Below are positions 1-14,202 of a stretch of 64,000 nt of DNA, one piece after another. A program made the position numbers and the translations under genes. Every line of letters begins with the position of its first letter. Positions within the stretch are counted from its first letter, which is position 1. The notes beneath the pieces were generated by a model, which ran no database searches, was not told the DNA's origin, and saw only the letters and a program-made list of their open reading frames with translations. Source of the stretch: Eledone cirrhosa (lineage: Eukaryota); the NCBI GenBank assembly GCA_964016885.1, contig OZ024755.1:40052001-40116000 (forward strand). The letters are read 5' to 3'.

Positions 1-29
1 TAATCTCTATACCAAGGGTACATTTTGAA

Positions 30-712
30 CTCAGATTTTGGTATATTGATCTCAAGTTTCTAAACTAAACATCTGGTCATTATTGAACAATGTTTAATTT
101 CTCATATTATATATCTATGTCCCATTCATGAATATTGATACTTATATTTTTATTATTCATTTCATATAAATTGTTAACTCAACTTAATATGACATGACGT
201 AAAGTTGTCACTGTCCCCCTCTCTCTATATAGTATTTCTCTCTCTTGAGTTTCTCTTTCTGTATGATGACTTGTTATCTCTATGTTGCTTTCCTTTGTTT
301 TTCTTATTCCTTCCTTTTCTTTCTTTTTTATTTCCTCCTATCTTTATCTATCTCTTTTTTTTCTCCATACATTTCTCTCTCTCTCCGATATTTCTCCAGG
401 TTTTCTTTCTCTTTTCTTTCTCTCTCTCTCTGTCTTTGTTCTTTTCTCTCTCTCCGTCTTTTTTCTTTCTCTCCGTCTTTTTCTAATTGTGCTTAACACT
501 ATGACTTATTATATAAACAAATCACTATCCAGACAGCCTCCAAAAGTAATGGTTGTATTTTAAAGGGTAATGTCAAACCTATTTGTAAAACTGTTATATA
601 TTGTATTTTGTCTGATGAAGGCATACCATAATTTAATGTGGTATCCCTGAAATATGTATAATGAAATAAATATGGTTTTATAAATATAGTTTCCATTTAT
701 TAATATCGTATA
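30..712 (+). mobile_element. Non-coding hammerhead-bearing repeat, family A (CT-rich body); putative non-autonomous Penelope-like element
   Basis: Homologous to 48757-49480 (-) and 50256-50636 (+), and more diverged at 14203-14500 and 25878-26795; ends in (TA)n; carries a hammerhead near its 3' end. Confidence 0.6.
604..668 (+). ncRNA. Minimal type I hammerhead ribozyme (family A)
   Basis: tattttgt-CTGATGA-aggcatacca..tggtatccct-GAAA-tatgta-TA-atgaaata: stem I, core, stem II, near-palindromic short stem III. Confidence 0.7.
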
Positions 713-1650
713 TATATATTGGTAAACGGAATAGAAAATGCTGACAAATTGTTCAGTGAAAAATAGTTTAATTAGGAATAAGTGAGAATTAGTAATTGTA
801 TTGGTTAGTATTCAGTTTTGGTTTTAAGTTTTACCGGTTGCGCATTTCTAATGCTTTTCAAAAATAATTTTGAGATAGAGCGTCCGTGATGTTTGCTCTG
901 ATCTCTCTCTCTCTATATATATATATATACACGTGCATACATGTATACATACATGTATGCATTCATGTATATATACATACATAGATGGGAGAAGTACACT
1001 ATTTTCTCCGATATCTCCAATTTCCTTAACGTTATCTACAATGGTGATATTGCATCTGAATGCCATAAACTAATATTATTTATTTACCTGGAACATCTAC
1101 CTAGGCTAACATCACTTTTTTCACTGTTCATTGTTTATTAATTGATTTGCATCGAATTATTTTTTTCTATTCTTTCTATTAGCCTATGTCTTCATCCTTC
1201 CTTTGTTACCTGAATATCCTCCCAAGTATTTTCCTATTCTCCATTTTTACACTCTTATCATACGTTATCAAGATTCCTCTACTTGTATTTCTTATTTAGA
1301 TTTGTCATTTACTCTGCAATAAATCTATGTTATTCCTCTTTTGTAACATATTCTCTCCGGCTTATTCAATTATCAGCAAGATATGTTACATTTTATAATT
1401 TTATTTGGCATTCTTTAATTCTTTATATTTTCTGTGTCATTCGATTAAGTGCAGGATTAATGTGTATTTCTCTGCAATGCATTGTTCGTATGGTTCAATA
1501 GTCTATTGTATATCTACATTTCTCTATATTCTGCGCTCCTCCGTATGTTCTAATGCCAATGTCTATGTACTTCAACATTTTCTTCTTACTGTTATATTTT
1601 CATGGGGTATTATGTAGTAATTACTTGATTCAGGTGGATACATGCCTTCC

Positions 1651-1654
<4 letters not shown>

Positions 1655-1737
<83 letters not shown>

Positions 1738-1778
1738 ACTCTCTACCTCTATTTCCTTCTATCGCTATCACTCTCTCT

Positions 1779-1819
<41 letters not shown>

Positions 1820-1840
1820 TGTGTGTGTGTGTGTGTGTGT
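1655..1840. repeat. Compound (CT)n/(TA)n/(GT)n microsatellite
   Basis: Direct reading. Confidence 0.95.
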
Positions 1841-2476
1841 ATGCGCGTCTATCTATTTGTATATCTATTCTATCTATCTATTTGTGGGATGGACACACGC
1901 GTGAAACTTGCTGGGTAAGTTCTGCCTAAATTTCTATAGAAACTCTTAACTGTGAACCTTCATTTTTATACCAATTTGTAGAGGGACTGCCAGGTCAAAT
2001 TTTGATCTGGTCAGTCTCTCAAAATATTCTACGCCTTTAGGCGAAATAGTACATGAAAAATATTTTGGAAAAACTAACATTTAAAAAAAAAATGGCTGAA
2101 GCATCTTCACCAACATTCGAAGGAGGAAAGGGGAAGATATGCTTACAGCTTCCCCCTACCACTGTCATAGTAGATGTCCAAGACAAAGGTCAGCAAGAGG
2201 AAGGATTTTCTCCACCCGCTGACCGACAACTTGACGTTGCCATGGCAACAAACCAAAACCAAAAGTGTGAAACAATGAACAAAAAACAACACAACCAGTG
2301 GCACCAGCAACAACAACAACAACAATGCTATGAACGAAAACAACACCAACAACAAGAACAATAACAACAAGACCAATAACTGCAACAAGGAAGTAAACGA
2401 CAAAATATAGTTTGCGCAAACCGTAAAGAAAACGGTAAGCTACACTCCGATAGATATTTCAAATGCAAATGAGCTT

Positions 2477-3916
2477 TTGAATAACGCCAGACAGTACGTA
2501 ACTTTTGGGGAGAACGGATCATTCTCCATAAACTCTCCCCCAGATTTGCGAAGAGAAGCTGCTTTGAAAACTATGGTTTTCAGGACAGTCTCAAACAAAA
2601 CTCGAAAACCGACTCAACTTTCACAAGGCGAAATTGAGTTGGTTTTAGAAGATGCCTTAAAAGACAGTGCTTTCATTCAGAAGGGTAGACTCTACGGGAG
2701 TTTATCCATTCTGATGAAAGACCAACTGACGGCACAGAAATATTCTGTGTCGCCAATTGTGTCACCGTTGTTCACCTTTTCCCCCACTTACATGGAGAAA
2801 AGAACACAGAAAATAAAAATCCAAAGTATCACACCAAATATTAATATTTGGTGGGTACTATGTGGATTGTTAAACCTCGAAAAAGACACAATAATATCGG
2901 TAGGTAAGTCCTCCGGCGACCTGTTCAGCGGAACTAGCCTGGAAATTCTGGTCCAAATGACACCAGAACGAATAGCTAGGATCCCGGAACGTGTGTTGCT
3001 GGATGTGCTTATATACATAAACATTTCAGTCGAGGGTAGGCGGCCCTCATGTTACCACTGCCTAAGCAGGGGTCACCTGGGAGCTCGTTGTCCTCGGCTA
3101 ACTAGCCAAAAAAGGGCATTACTGCCAACACCTGCAACACCAGCACAACAATCACCACCATCACAACAACAACATAAACAAATAGTGACAACAAAACAAA
3201 CGACAAACACAGTCCCACCCAACCCCTCTCCACCTAAAACAACTCCAGAAACACCCACACACATAACATCCCCCCAACATGTACCCCTACTCAACAGCAC
3301 GGATGAGGCCTCATCATCGTCACCCATTGACGATGAGGGAGAGCCTTTCCGACCAGTAAAAAGAAAAAAGAAAAGACATAACACAAACAAAAATGCAACA
3401 AACACACAAACACCAACACAAGCGACGCAAACAGCACAAACAAAAACACCCTCTCCTGAAAGCAAAACACCTACTACAAAACGTAAACACACACAAGAAC
3501 CACAGACAAAAAGCAACCCCACACAACAAAAATGTTACACCTACATAAATACTAACAAGAAAACTTTAACAGACACCATATATAAAAACCCTTCGGTCTC
3601 CACCGAAGGGAAAACTTTTACATACTCTTCGGAGAATCCTAATCTTAAAATGATTAGGATCTCCATGGACACACATAAACAGTTAAAAGAAAAATTTCCT
3701 AACGACGTAGGTAACCCCTGCGTCAAACCCTATAACCGCATCCTTTTGAAATGTTTCCCCACCCCCACCCCATACACCCCGTCCCACCTAACACCCCCTC
3801 CCCACCAAACACCTCCGTCCCCACCCCACCAGAGACCACCACCACACCAAACAACCCCTCCAACACTCCCATGGAAATTGTGCAGCCTGGTCCCCAGGAG
3901 ACGAAGAGGTGAGTGA
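2477..3916 (+). pseudogene. Tx1-like ORF1 (gag-like, zinc knuckle), N-terminus disrupted (probable start 2092)
   Basis: VEGRRPSCYHCLSRGHLGARCP = C-x2-C-x4-H-x4-C, followed by a P/T/Q-rich region with basic KRKKKR. Confidence 0.75.
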
Positions 3917-3952
3917 TTGCTTTTCCTCTTCTTTTAACTTTTCAGCACCAAC

Positions 3953-6594
3953 ATGGCCAATATAAGAGTTGGATGTGTGAATGTACGCGGCCTGGGGATG
4001 ACCTGGAAACAGAGCAAACTCTTAAACGACCTCAGGTCGCACATTATGGATGTAGTAGCCATTTGCGAGTCCAGGATCCACAGCGAGCGACAACTGGCCC
4101 CCATCTTCGACGACTTTGAGATCTACGCATCTCTCTGTCAGCCGGGAGGTGGGGTGGGGTTGCCGTTTCGTTGCGGAAACATTTGGACCTCGTAACACAG
4201 ACGGTACATCTGGACCCGGAGGGTCGACTGGTGGTCCTAAACGTTGACAGTAGTGAAGGTGGAACCTTCAGGCATATGCCCCATCCGGGACACCGCGGCC
4301 AGACCTCTTCAAACGTCGAGAGACTTTTCTGGGAACGTCCCACTCCCTGCTGTTAGTGGGGGACTGGAATGGAATCCTAGATGCACGTTGGGACTATGTG
4401 GGAGCATCTCCCGATAGAGGGGGGTGTAACAGCCTCAAACAGTTAATCGGCCGATTTCAACTGGCCGATAGATGTAGACTAGATTTTGCAACTGTGCCAC
4501 TGTGGACGTGCACCAACCACAGCGGAACATCTAGATCGTACGTAGATAGGTTTCTAGTTAGAGTTAGCGATAGGGACATGTTAAGCTATCCCCAAACGTT
4601 CATGGTTGCCTATTCAGATCACAAACTAGTGACCTGCTTAGTCAACATTGACAGAACCCATAGACAGGGAACCGGCTACTGGAAGCTGAACTTGTCGTTA
4701 CCGACATGCAAAGCTTTCAGTAGACGGATTAGCACTTTAGTTAAGCAGCACTTGACGGGGGCCATTGTCAACAACAGCTGGTGGTACTCTCTCAAGAGGG
4801 CAGTTAGATTAGACTCGATAGGTTTTAATAACGAATTAGTGTTTGACGAAAACCTCCACCTCATGCGATGCATCATAGAGAGGGTAGGGTGTAAACCCGG
4901 CTTCGGTGGGGCCCTGATCAACTTGGATCAGTCTAAGGCTTTCGATATGTTTGACCATCGTTACCAGGATGCGGTGCTCAAGGCGACAGGCTTCGGATCC
5001 GTGTTCAGGGGCTCGATTGCTGCAATGCACAGCAGCAACATCTGCTCAAGGATCAAGGTGAACGGCTACCTCTCGGAGCCGTTACATATCACGCGATCCA
5101 TTCGACAGGGATGCATTCTCTCCTCCCTTCTGTACGTACTGACTCTCGAGCCACTACTGCGGAAGATGGAGCTATTGCAGGGCATCCCTTTGGAACCGGG
5201 ACTGCGAAAACGGCGTCGGCCTACGTGAGTGTAATGGTGTCGAGCACCTCGCAAATCGAGAAGTTCGGCACCTTACTGGAGGAATACAAAATATTCACAG
5301 GAGCGAAGCTGAACCGGAACAAATCCGTCGGTTTGCAACTCGGAACGTGGAGAGGCAAACCGATGCCTTCCGATGGCGTCGTCGGACGCTGGATGGAAGG
5401 ACCGGTAAAGCTGCACGGGGTCTGGTTTGGTCCGGACCTCCAGGTGGAGAATAACTGGAACAAGGTGACGGCCAAGGTGTTTGCGCTCACCCAGAAGTGG
5501 GCCGAGTGCAAACTATCCTTGAAAGGTCGAGAGGAGGTGGCGAACACTTTTATAGCGTCCGTCATTTACTACCGCTTGACCGTCGTGCCTTGTCCAGCCA
5601 AAAGACTCACCAAAATGGAGGGCGGGCTCTTCCAATTCCTTTTGAAGAAACGGGCTCCTTTGGTGACAAGATCCATCTGCTGCGAACACCCTTAAACGGA
5701 GGGCTGGGTATGCCGTGGCTGACGATGCGCAAACACGCGCTCAGGCTGCGGAACCTCCACGTATTCCTCACCGGATAACCGGTGTGGGCCCCGTTCGTGA
5801 GGCGAGCCTTCCCACGACTCGTCTCGCTGACCGAGCTGCAGTCCTAGGTCATGAAAAGACCGAGGAAAATGGGCGACTGGCACATCGAATGTGCTCAGGC
5901 GCTCACAGTCCTCTTGCAAACGGACCCGGCGATCAATGGAGACTCCACTTCGACATTCTATAGAGGGTTGGTCCACAAGTGCGACGACGCGCTCGGAGAA
6001 ACTCTGGGCGTCGAGGAGGACTAACTGGCCAGTCTGTTCGGTAGGACCTTCCGCTCGGGACCGATGGATAACTTCCAAATGTCCCTGGCCTGGCAGTGCT
6101 ACCGAGGAGCTCTACCAGTACGAGACAAGCTCTACAGACACGGACGCGCGGGCAGGGACTCTTCGAAAAAGAACTGTCCGAGATGCGTGCGCGACGACGG
6201 AACCGTCGCGCACGCATTTGAATACTGCCCGGGAGTTACTGACCTGTGGGGCTATGTAGAACGAGTATTGTCGCGGGTGGGACCAATCCAGTTGACTACC
6301 GAGACCATTGTCATGATCAAACCGCTACTCTCCTTCAAAAACGAAGGAGAGGTGGTTTTCCTATGTGTTATGGCTATGGTGAAAGAGGTTATATGGTGGA
6401 CGAGGTTAAAAGAGCTGAAGTCAGACACCTTTCTCTCCGGCGAACAACTGATTGTCTTTTCAAATATCATTTTGGAAGAAGAATCAGGATGGAGAGAGAG
6501 GTGCTGTACCCCAGCAAATTTTATGAAAGTGGGTGTGTGTGGAAAAGATGGCCCGGGTGGTTGGGCCTTCTCTCTATATATGATTGTAGGTTGA
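3953..6594 (+). pseudogene. L1/Tx1 ORF2: APE endonuclease + reverse transcriptase + zinc finger (frameshifted, internally deleted)
   Basis: RVGCVNVRGL, GDWNG, SYVDRF, SDHK, YWKLN, LDQSKAFD, IRQGCILSSLLY, LSLKGR, CPRC..HAFEYC; jumps from the linker straight into RT near 4850. Confidence 0.85.
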
Positions 6595-6859
6595 GGAAAG
6601 AGAGGAAGGGAGTACTCACTCTTGGCGCTCCTGGAGATGAGGGTTGTACATTTTCTCGTGGTGTGTACAGACCCTGTGTCACGCCTCCTCCCTATTGGGG
6701 ATTTCAATAGTTATTTATTGTTTTATTAATAGTTTTATAATATAGGTTAGATTTATAAATAAATATTGACAAACCCTGAAAAAATGCAACCATTCTGGTT
6801 GGAATCTCAGTTATAAAAATATTTTGCGTGTTGTATCCCAACACATTAGATATAAACTC

Positions 6860-6877
6860 TACATATATAAATATATA

Positions 6878-6949
<72 letters not shown>

Positions 6950-6970
6950 TATATATTTATTTATATATAA
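6860..6970. repeat. (TA)n microsatellite
   Basis: Direct reading. Confidence 0.9.
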
Positions 6971-7190
6971 TTAAGTTAAAAATGTACATCTACATATGCA
7001 TACTGAAATACTAGTATGCATATGAATACACACACGTATACATATGTAGATGTGCCAAGTCTTTCACTGGTTACTTTACTGTGAGTATCCAGCTATTCTG
7101 TATGTAAACACACAGACAAACCGGTTTTTAGAGTGATACTGGTTTTTGAGGAAACACCTTTCCTCTATTCTCCAGAAAGCCAGACAAGGA

Positions 7191-7233
7191 ATATTGAACT
7201 AGTTTCGTTGTTGTTACAACTCATCAGCAATAT
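7191..7233 (-). ncRNA. Minimal type I hammerhead ribozyme (family B)
   Basis: Reverse complement atattg-CTGATGA-gttgt-aaca-acaac-GAAA-ctag-TT-caatat; lies in a repeat (about 6965-7420) that recurs inverted at about 61510-61765. Confidence 0.85.
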
Positions 7234-7455
7234 TTACCTATCTACCGGCCTTTCTGGGAATCGTAAAAGCACATATCGTTATATGCTTTTTCTATGAAAA
7301 TTAGTAGTGGGCATAAATATGTAGATGTACATTTTTAACTTAATTGTTTAAGCGTCAGTCATACAAAAGTGAGTTACAAACGAAACGAAATTTAATTTCG
7401 TTTCGTTATTTGTTTTTATTTATATATATTTATATATATATCTATATATATATAT

Positions 7456-7486
<31 letters not shown>

Positions 7487-7731
7487 TTATATATAAACGT
7501 TTGTATATGTTTGATAAAGCCAAAAGAATGCAGGTGTGGATAATAGAATAAAGATAGCAAATGCAAAAGATATTGTTGAAAATTAGTCTTTTAGCTTAGA
7601 TTTATTTAAATGATAATATAATAAATGATAATATTAAATGATAATATCTCTTCTTCTTTATTTATATATATATATTATATATATACACATACATATATTT
7701 ATATATATATATTATATATATATAAATATAC

Positions 7732-7837
<106 letters not shown>

Positions 7838-7919
7838 TAAAGCGAAAACCAACCAATCAGTGAGTGTGTTCTGTTATTAATTCTGGCAATATTACAGAAA
7901 TATCACCCTCCCCAAGTAT

Positions 7920-7998
<79 letters not shown>

Positions 7999-8023
7999 CA
8001 TATGTATATATATGTATATATAC

Positions 8024-8091
<68 letters not shown>

Positions 8092-8235
8092 ATATATATA
8101 TATGTGTATATATATATGTATATATATATATGTATATATATATATGTATATATATATGTATATATATAAGTATATATATATATGTATATATATATATGAA
8201 ATATAAGAATCAAAGAACTGTTCAAAACATTATCG

Positions 8236-8282
8236 TGCTTACAGCTGTTTCCTCCAAACCTCGGTTTGGATTCTTCGGAGCA
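8236..8282 (-). ncRNA. Hammerhead motif with C4 core variant (family K)
   Basis: rc tgct-CCGAAGA-a-tccaaac-cgag-gtttgga-g-GAAA-cagctg-TA-agca; second copy at 32718-32764. Confidence 0.65.
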
Positions 8283-8499
8283 ATTTATTAATGCATGGAC
8301 AGTTATATGACCTCCTTTTCAGCCGAGAGACATACCAATACATATTCAAACATTGATACAATACTGCCTACCACTATTTAGGGTGTGTGTAAAATACTTA
8401 CAACTGCTTAAGGTTTTGTATTTACATAACCATAAATAGTATAACTAATACTATATATATATATGTGTATATATATGTCTATATATATATATGTATATA

Positions 8500-8659
<160 letters not shown>

Positions 8660-8827
8660 TATATGTATATGTATATGTATGTATATATATATGTATATAT
8701 ATATATATGTATATATATATGTATATGTATATCTATATGTATATATGTATATGTATATATATATGTATATGTATATATATATGTATATATGTATATATAT
8801 ATATATGTATATATATGTATATATATG

Positions 8828-8868
<41 letters not shown>

Positions 8869-9029
8869 ATATATATATATATGTATGTATGTATATATAT
8901 ATATATATGTATGTATGTATATATATATATGTATGTATATATATATATGTATGTATATATATATATGTATATATATGTATATATATGTATATATATGTAT
9001 ATATATATATGTATGTATGTATTTATATA

Positions 9030-9073
<44 letters not shown>

Positions 9074-9203
9074 AGTATATGTATGTATGTAAGTATATAT
9101 ATGTATGTATATATATGTATATATATATATATATGTATGTATATATATATATATATGTATATACATATATATATGTATATATATATATATGTATGTATGT
9201 ATG

Positions 9204-9250
<47 letters not shown>

Positions 9251-9278
9251 GTATGTATATATATATATATATATATAC

Positions 9279-9833
9279 ATGGTCGGGTCGTTGGCGACTA
9301 AACTGGCAACCCCACCAAGGTTTCTTGGTGAGGAGGGTGACTTTGGACATCCTGCAGGACTCAAAACAAAACCTGTCAAAGGGCAAAGGAGCTCTTAAGA
9401 GTCAATGGCCATCCAAAATCACCGGGAGAGATGACCCCTTAGCCTTTGTCAAGGCAGAATTCTAGGAGAAGGAAAACTCTGATATCACACCTGCAACCCT
9501 GATGATATCCAATGATGTTGACTTGTTCTTCTTTTTGGTAAATATCATCTTGGTTAAGAGAGTGGGACTGGCTTTGTGCAGTGCCTTTGCTCACTATAAA
9601 AACTTCAAGGCACAGGCATTGCTTTATATCTGGAGATCTCTCTGCACTTGTCGTCACATGGTACCATGGGCCCAGCACTATGTGTCAATAATTGTCACAT
9701 GTGTAGTGTTTGTACCAAAGTTTTCAAGTCGCTGGCCGGACTGAAAAGTCACACTCGTTCAGCGCATCGGTAGGGGTCCTCCTACATGGATATAAAGTAG
9801 TGGCCGTACTCGAAAACGAGTTGGCAGCCACCA
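9279..9833 (+). mobile_element. Bipartite non-autonomous RTE derivative (SINE-like), copy 1
   Basis: Near-identical to four other copies; shares 5'UTR blocks and 3' tail with the RTE at 43683-47872. Confidence 0.85.
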
Positions 9834-9917
9834 TATATATATATATATGTGTATATATATATATGTATGTATGTATGTATATATTTGTGTATATATATAT
9901 ATATGTATGTAGGTATG

Positions 9918-9951
<34 letters not shown>

Positions 9952-10211
9952 TGTATATATATGTATGTATATATATATATATGTATATATATATACATAT
10001 ATATATGTATATATATACATATATATGTATATATATATGTATATATATACATATATATATGTATATATATATGTATATATATACATATATATATGTATAT
10101 ATATGTATATATATATATGTATATATATATGTATATATATATACATATATATATATATATCTGTACATATATATATATATATATATGTACATATATATAT
10201 ATGTATATATA

Positions 10212-11130
10212 TTGTTATACTTGGGGTGGGTCATATTTGTGTAATATTGCCAGAATTAATAACAGAACACACTCACTGTTTGGTTGGTTTTCGCTTCTCG
10301 CTGTCTTTTATATCTGCGATCTAACTTACTCGGTCCTCAATGTTGCCATTGACTGACCGACGGTCAAAAATAATACAGATACAATATAGACACAAACACA
10401 TATATATAGTTTACATAATTTACATAAATCTTTCGTTGCACATCTGCAACATCGTCAGTGGTGTTATATTTTTTCCTCCTGTTGTGTTGTATGTCTACGC
10501 CATTTTTTTATTCAGTCTGTCTATATATTTATTTATTTATTTGCTTGTTTGTTTATTTATTTTGTCCTCTTTGCGCATGCGTTTGCGTGTGTGTATAGTG
10601 TTATGTTTGCTGTGTGACTAGTGTGTATAGTGTTGTGTTTGCTGGGTGACTAGTGTGTGTTTATGTGCTTGTTGTTATTGTGCTTGTGTATGTATTTATT
10701 TATCTTATTTTATTTTATTTTATTTACTTATTTATACTTCTCTTAGGTCAGTGTTGTTTGTTTGGGTGTTGTTGTTGTTCCACTCATTCTTTCTGTTTAG
10801 CTTTGGTCTTCTAATTTCTATTTCACTGGCCTCTCTGATTTGCCTATCTGCTGGGTCATTCCTATGTTTAGATATGTTGTCTATGTTACCGTCATGTTGT
10901 TGTCTAGCATGTTCGTATAGTACTGACCCGTTTTTTCGTCCTTTCAGTTACCCCCCAGTGTTGGTCTATCCTTTCACCTATGCTACGAGCTGTCTCACCT
11001 ATGTATGTTGTTGTCATGTTTCTGCAAGTACCCTCTGTACATCTTATGCTATAGACTACGTTTCTAGTTTTACAGTTTATCCGGGGGTTCACCTTACATA
11101 TGATACATTTCCTATTGGTACCTATAAGAG
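10212..11130 (-). mobile_element. Penelope-like 3' fragment (GIY-YIG + 3'UTR), inverted
   Basis: Minus ORF CIICKVNPRINCKTRNVVYSIRC..YIGETARSIGERIDQH; its terminal part recurs at 60320-60672 and 7840-7922. Confidence 0.85.
10421..10462 (-). ncRNA. Hammerhead motif in Penelope 3'UTR
   Basis: rc CTGACGA-t-gttgca-gatg-tgcaac-GAAA-gatt-TA; homolog at 60520-60560 has stem I atca/tgat. Confidence 0.55.
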
Positions 11131-13222
11131 GTAGACCCCCCACCATAACCTCAATGGCAAAAAAGATTCCCATGGGAAGGTGGATTGTGTGGACCAAAGC
11201 TATACGGACTCCCCAAAACAATGATCAGGTAAGAAAAATGGTCGCACATGCAATAGGGGTTAGTATCAAAACTACCCTAAAGGGCCACATATTTAAGTTC
11301 AATGAGAAAATCTACACCCAAAATGAGGGAGCAGCCATCGGCGTCAGCATAGCTGGTGATGTTGCCAACCTTTTCATGGTATGGTGGGATAGATGGAACG
11401 GGTGGACCAGAGCCATACGGACACCCGAAAGCCACGATGAACTGAAGAAAATGATTGCACATGCGGTAGGGGCCAGCATAAAATTAACCCTTAAGGAACA
11501 TATGTTCAAATTTAATGGAAAAACATATGCCCAAGAGGAAGGAGCAGCCATTGGTGTTAGCATTGCAGGCGACATAGCTAACTTATTCATGGTATGGTGG
11601 GACAGTAGACTTAAACTTAAACTTAAAGAACAATTAGAAGACAGCTTAACCCTGATAATGTACTCCCGCTACGTAGATGATATAAACATCGTAGTTAAGA
11701 CACCCCCACTAGAGAACAGTCAGGAACTAGAGAAAAGCACAATGGAAAGCATCCAGCAAATAGCAAACTCCATCCACCAGAGCATTAGAGTTACTATAGA
11801 CTACCCAAGTAGACACCCCAACCATCGATTACCTGTACTAGACACAGAGCTCTGGTTAGATACCATTAACAACCAAAAACAAATCCTCCATTCCCATTAT
11901 GCCAAACCCATGACTTCCAAACATCTGATCCACCGGAACTCGGCCATTTCGGACCATACCAAAATCAACATACTGATTGCGGATTTGGTACGGGTGATGA
12001 GAAATGTGTCCCGCATGTGCAACCCCGAAGAACTAGAGAGGACACATACAACACTTCATCCACCGTATGCAGTTCTCTGGCTACAATCAGGGAGATAGAA
12101 TTAGAGTGTATAGAGGAGCCAGAACCAAATGGGAAAAAATGGTAAATAATTACATAAATGGGACCTGCCCCTTGTATAGGAGCAAATTTTGGAATAGAAT
12201 AGAAAGAACTAGGAACAAGGTCAATAGAATAAACTCATGGTATGATAGCAATAAATACCAGAGTGTAATGTTCATCGATACAACCCCTAGAGGCGAACTA
12301 GCCTACAAATTTAGAAGGGCCCTAAATAAACATAAACTCAATATTAAGATAGTAGAAAGACCAGATACCTCCGTAAAAACACTTATTAGCAAGACATACC
12401 CGTTTCAAAGACCCTCATGTATAGATAAGAAATGTATAACCTGTAAAATAAGCCCCCATATTAACTGTAAAACTAGAAACGTAGTGTATAGCATAAGATG
12501 TACTGAAGGACAATGTAGAAACAAAAATATAGTGTACATAGGTGAGGCAGCTCGTAGTATAGGGGAACGGATAAATGAACACTGGCGAGACCTTCAAGAT
12601 AATAAAGAATCATCTGTACTCTACCAACATGCTAAGATAGAACACAAGGGTAAATTAGAGAACATAGAAATAAAAATAGAATATACACACAGAAAAGATG
12701 CAATGTTTAGACAAATTACAGAGGCAATAAACATAAAAGAATTACAACCAAAATTAAATAGAAAATATGAGTGGAACAGCAACATCACAACTTACAATTA
12801 AGGACAAAATGAAAACACACACACACATAGAACAAACAACCAACCAATAGCATGTAAATAAATAAATAAATAAACAAATAGATAAATGAACACAAACACA
12901 CACAGACACCCGGATATGGCGCATGCGCAAACTGAGCACACAACACACACACAGAAACAAAATGGCGTAGGACAGAAGAAAGGAAAGGCACAGAAACAAA
13001 GAAAGGAATCCCCAGTCACTGCAGAGGTCACAGAGTGTGTTACGAAATGACTATGACTATATATAAACAACTATCTGGTTGTGGAACCAACCAACCAACC
13101 AGAAATTTATAGATTTGTAGATTTGTAACTTTATAAATTTATAAGTATATAATAAATTGAAGTGAAAGCAACTAGTGCGTGTGTTTCTTATTGGCAACAT
13201 TACCCTCCCAAAGTATAACAAT
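11130..13222 (+). mobile_element. 5'-truncated Penelope-like element: RT (YVDD) + GIY-YIG, one frameshift near 12050
   Basis: FKFNGKTYAQEEGAAIG, RYVDDI, LPVLD, NVVYSIRC..YIGEAARSIGERINEH..ITEAINI..LN; stop at 12801, then 3'UTR. Confidence 0.92.
13014..13058 (+). ncRNA. Hammerhead motif with C6 core variant in Penelope 3'UTR
   Basis: agtca-CTGCAGA-ggtcac..gtgttac-GAAA-tgac-TA-tgact. Confidence 0.55.
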
Positions 13223-13278
13223 ATATATATATGTATATATGTATATATGTATATATATGTATATATGTATATATATAT

Positions 13279-13352
<74 letters not shown>

Positions 13353-13399
13353 CTATATGTATATATGTATATATGTATATATATATTTATATTTATATG

Positions 13400-13430
<31 letters not shown>

Positions 13431-14167
13431 ATATGTATATATGTATATATGTATATATATATATGTATGTATGTATATATATGTATATATGTATATATGT
13501 ATATATATATTTATATGTATATATATATTTATATGTATATATATATATGTATATATATATATTTAGATGTATATATGTATATATGTATATATATATTTAT
13601 ATGTATATATGTATATATGTATATATGTATATATATATATATGTATATATGTATATATATATATATGTATATATGTATATATATATATATATGTATATAT
13701 GTATATATATTTATATGTATATATATATTTATATGGATATATGTATATATGTATATATGTATATATATAATTATATGTATATATGTATATATGTATATAT
13801 GTATATATATATTTATATGTATATATGTATATATATATATGTGTATATATGTATATATGTATATATATATATATGTGTATATATGTATATATGTATATAT
13901 ATATATATGTGTATATATGTATATATGTATATTTGTATATATATATGTGTATATATGTATATATGTATATATATGTGTATATATGTATATATGTATATTT
14001 GTATATATATATATGTGTATATATGTATATATGTATATATATGTGTATATATGTATATATGAATATATGTATATCTATATGTGTATATATGTATATATGT
14101 ATATATGTATATATATATATGTGTATATATCTATATATGTATATATATATGTGTATATATGTATATA

Positions 14168-14202
<35 letters not shown>

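Larger units (their letters stand above)
2092..6750 (+). mobile_element. Degraded L1/Tx1-type non-LTR retrotransposon
   Basis: ORF1 with CCHC knuckle followed by ORF2 with APE, RT and C-terminal CCHC finger; many frameshifts and stops; ends approximate. Confidence 0.85.

Noticed and set aside
205-563. F/L/S-rich hydrophobic ORFs (also 48941-49279 and 50204-50512)
   Set aside because: CT-rich low-complexity tract of repeat family A; frames not conserved between copies
9439-9744. Recurrent ~80-aa ORFs in the SINE-like repeat
   Set aside because: They recur only because the repeat copies are young; no protein motif apart from the zinc-finger relic in another frame
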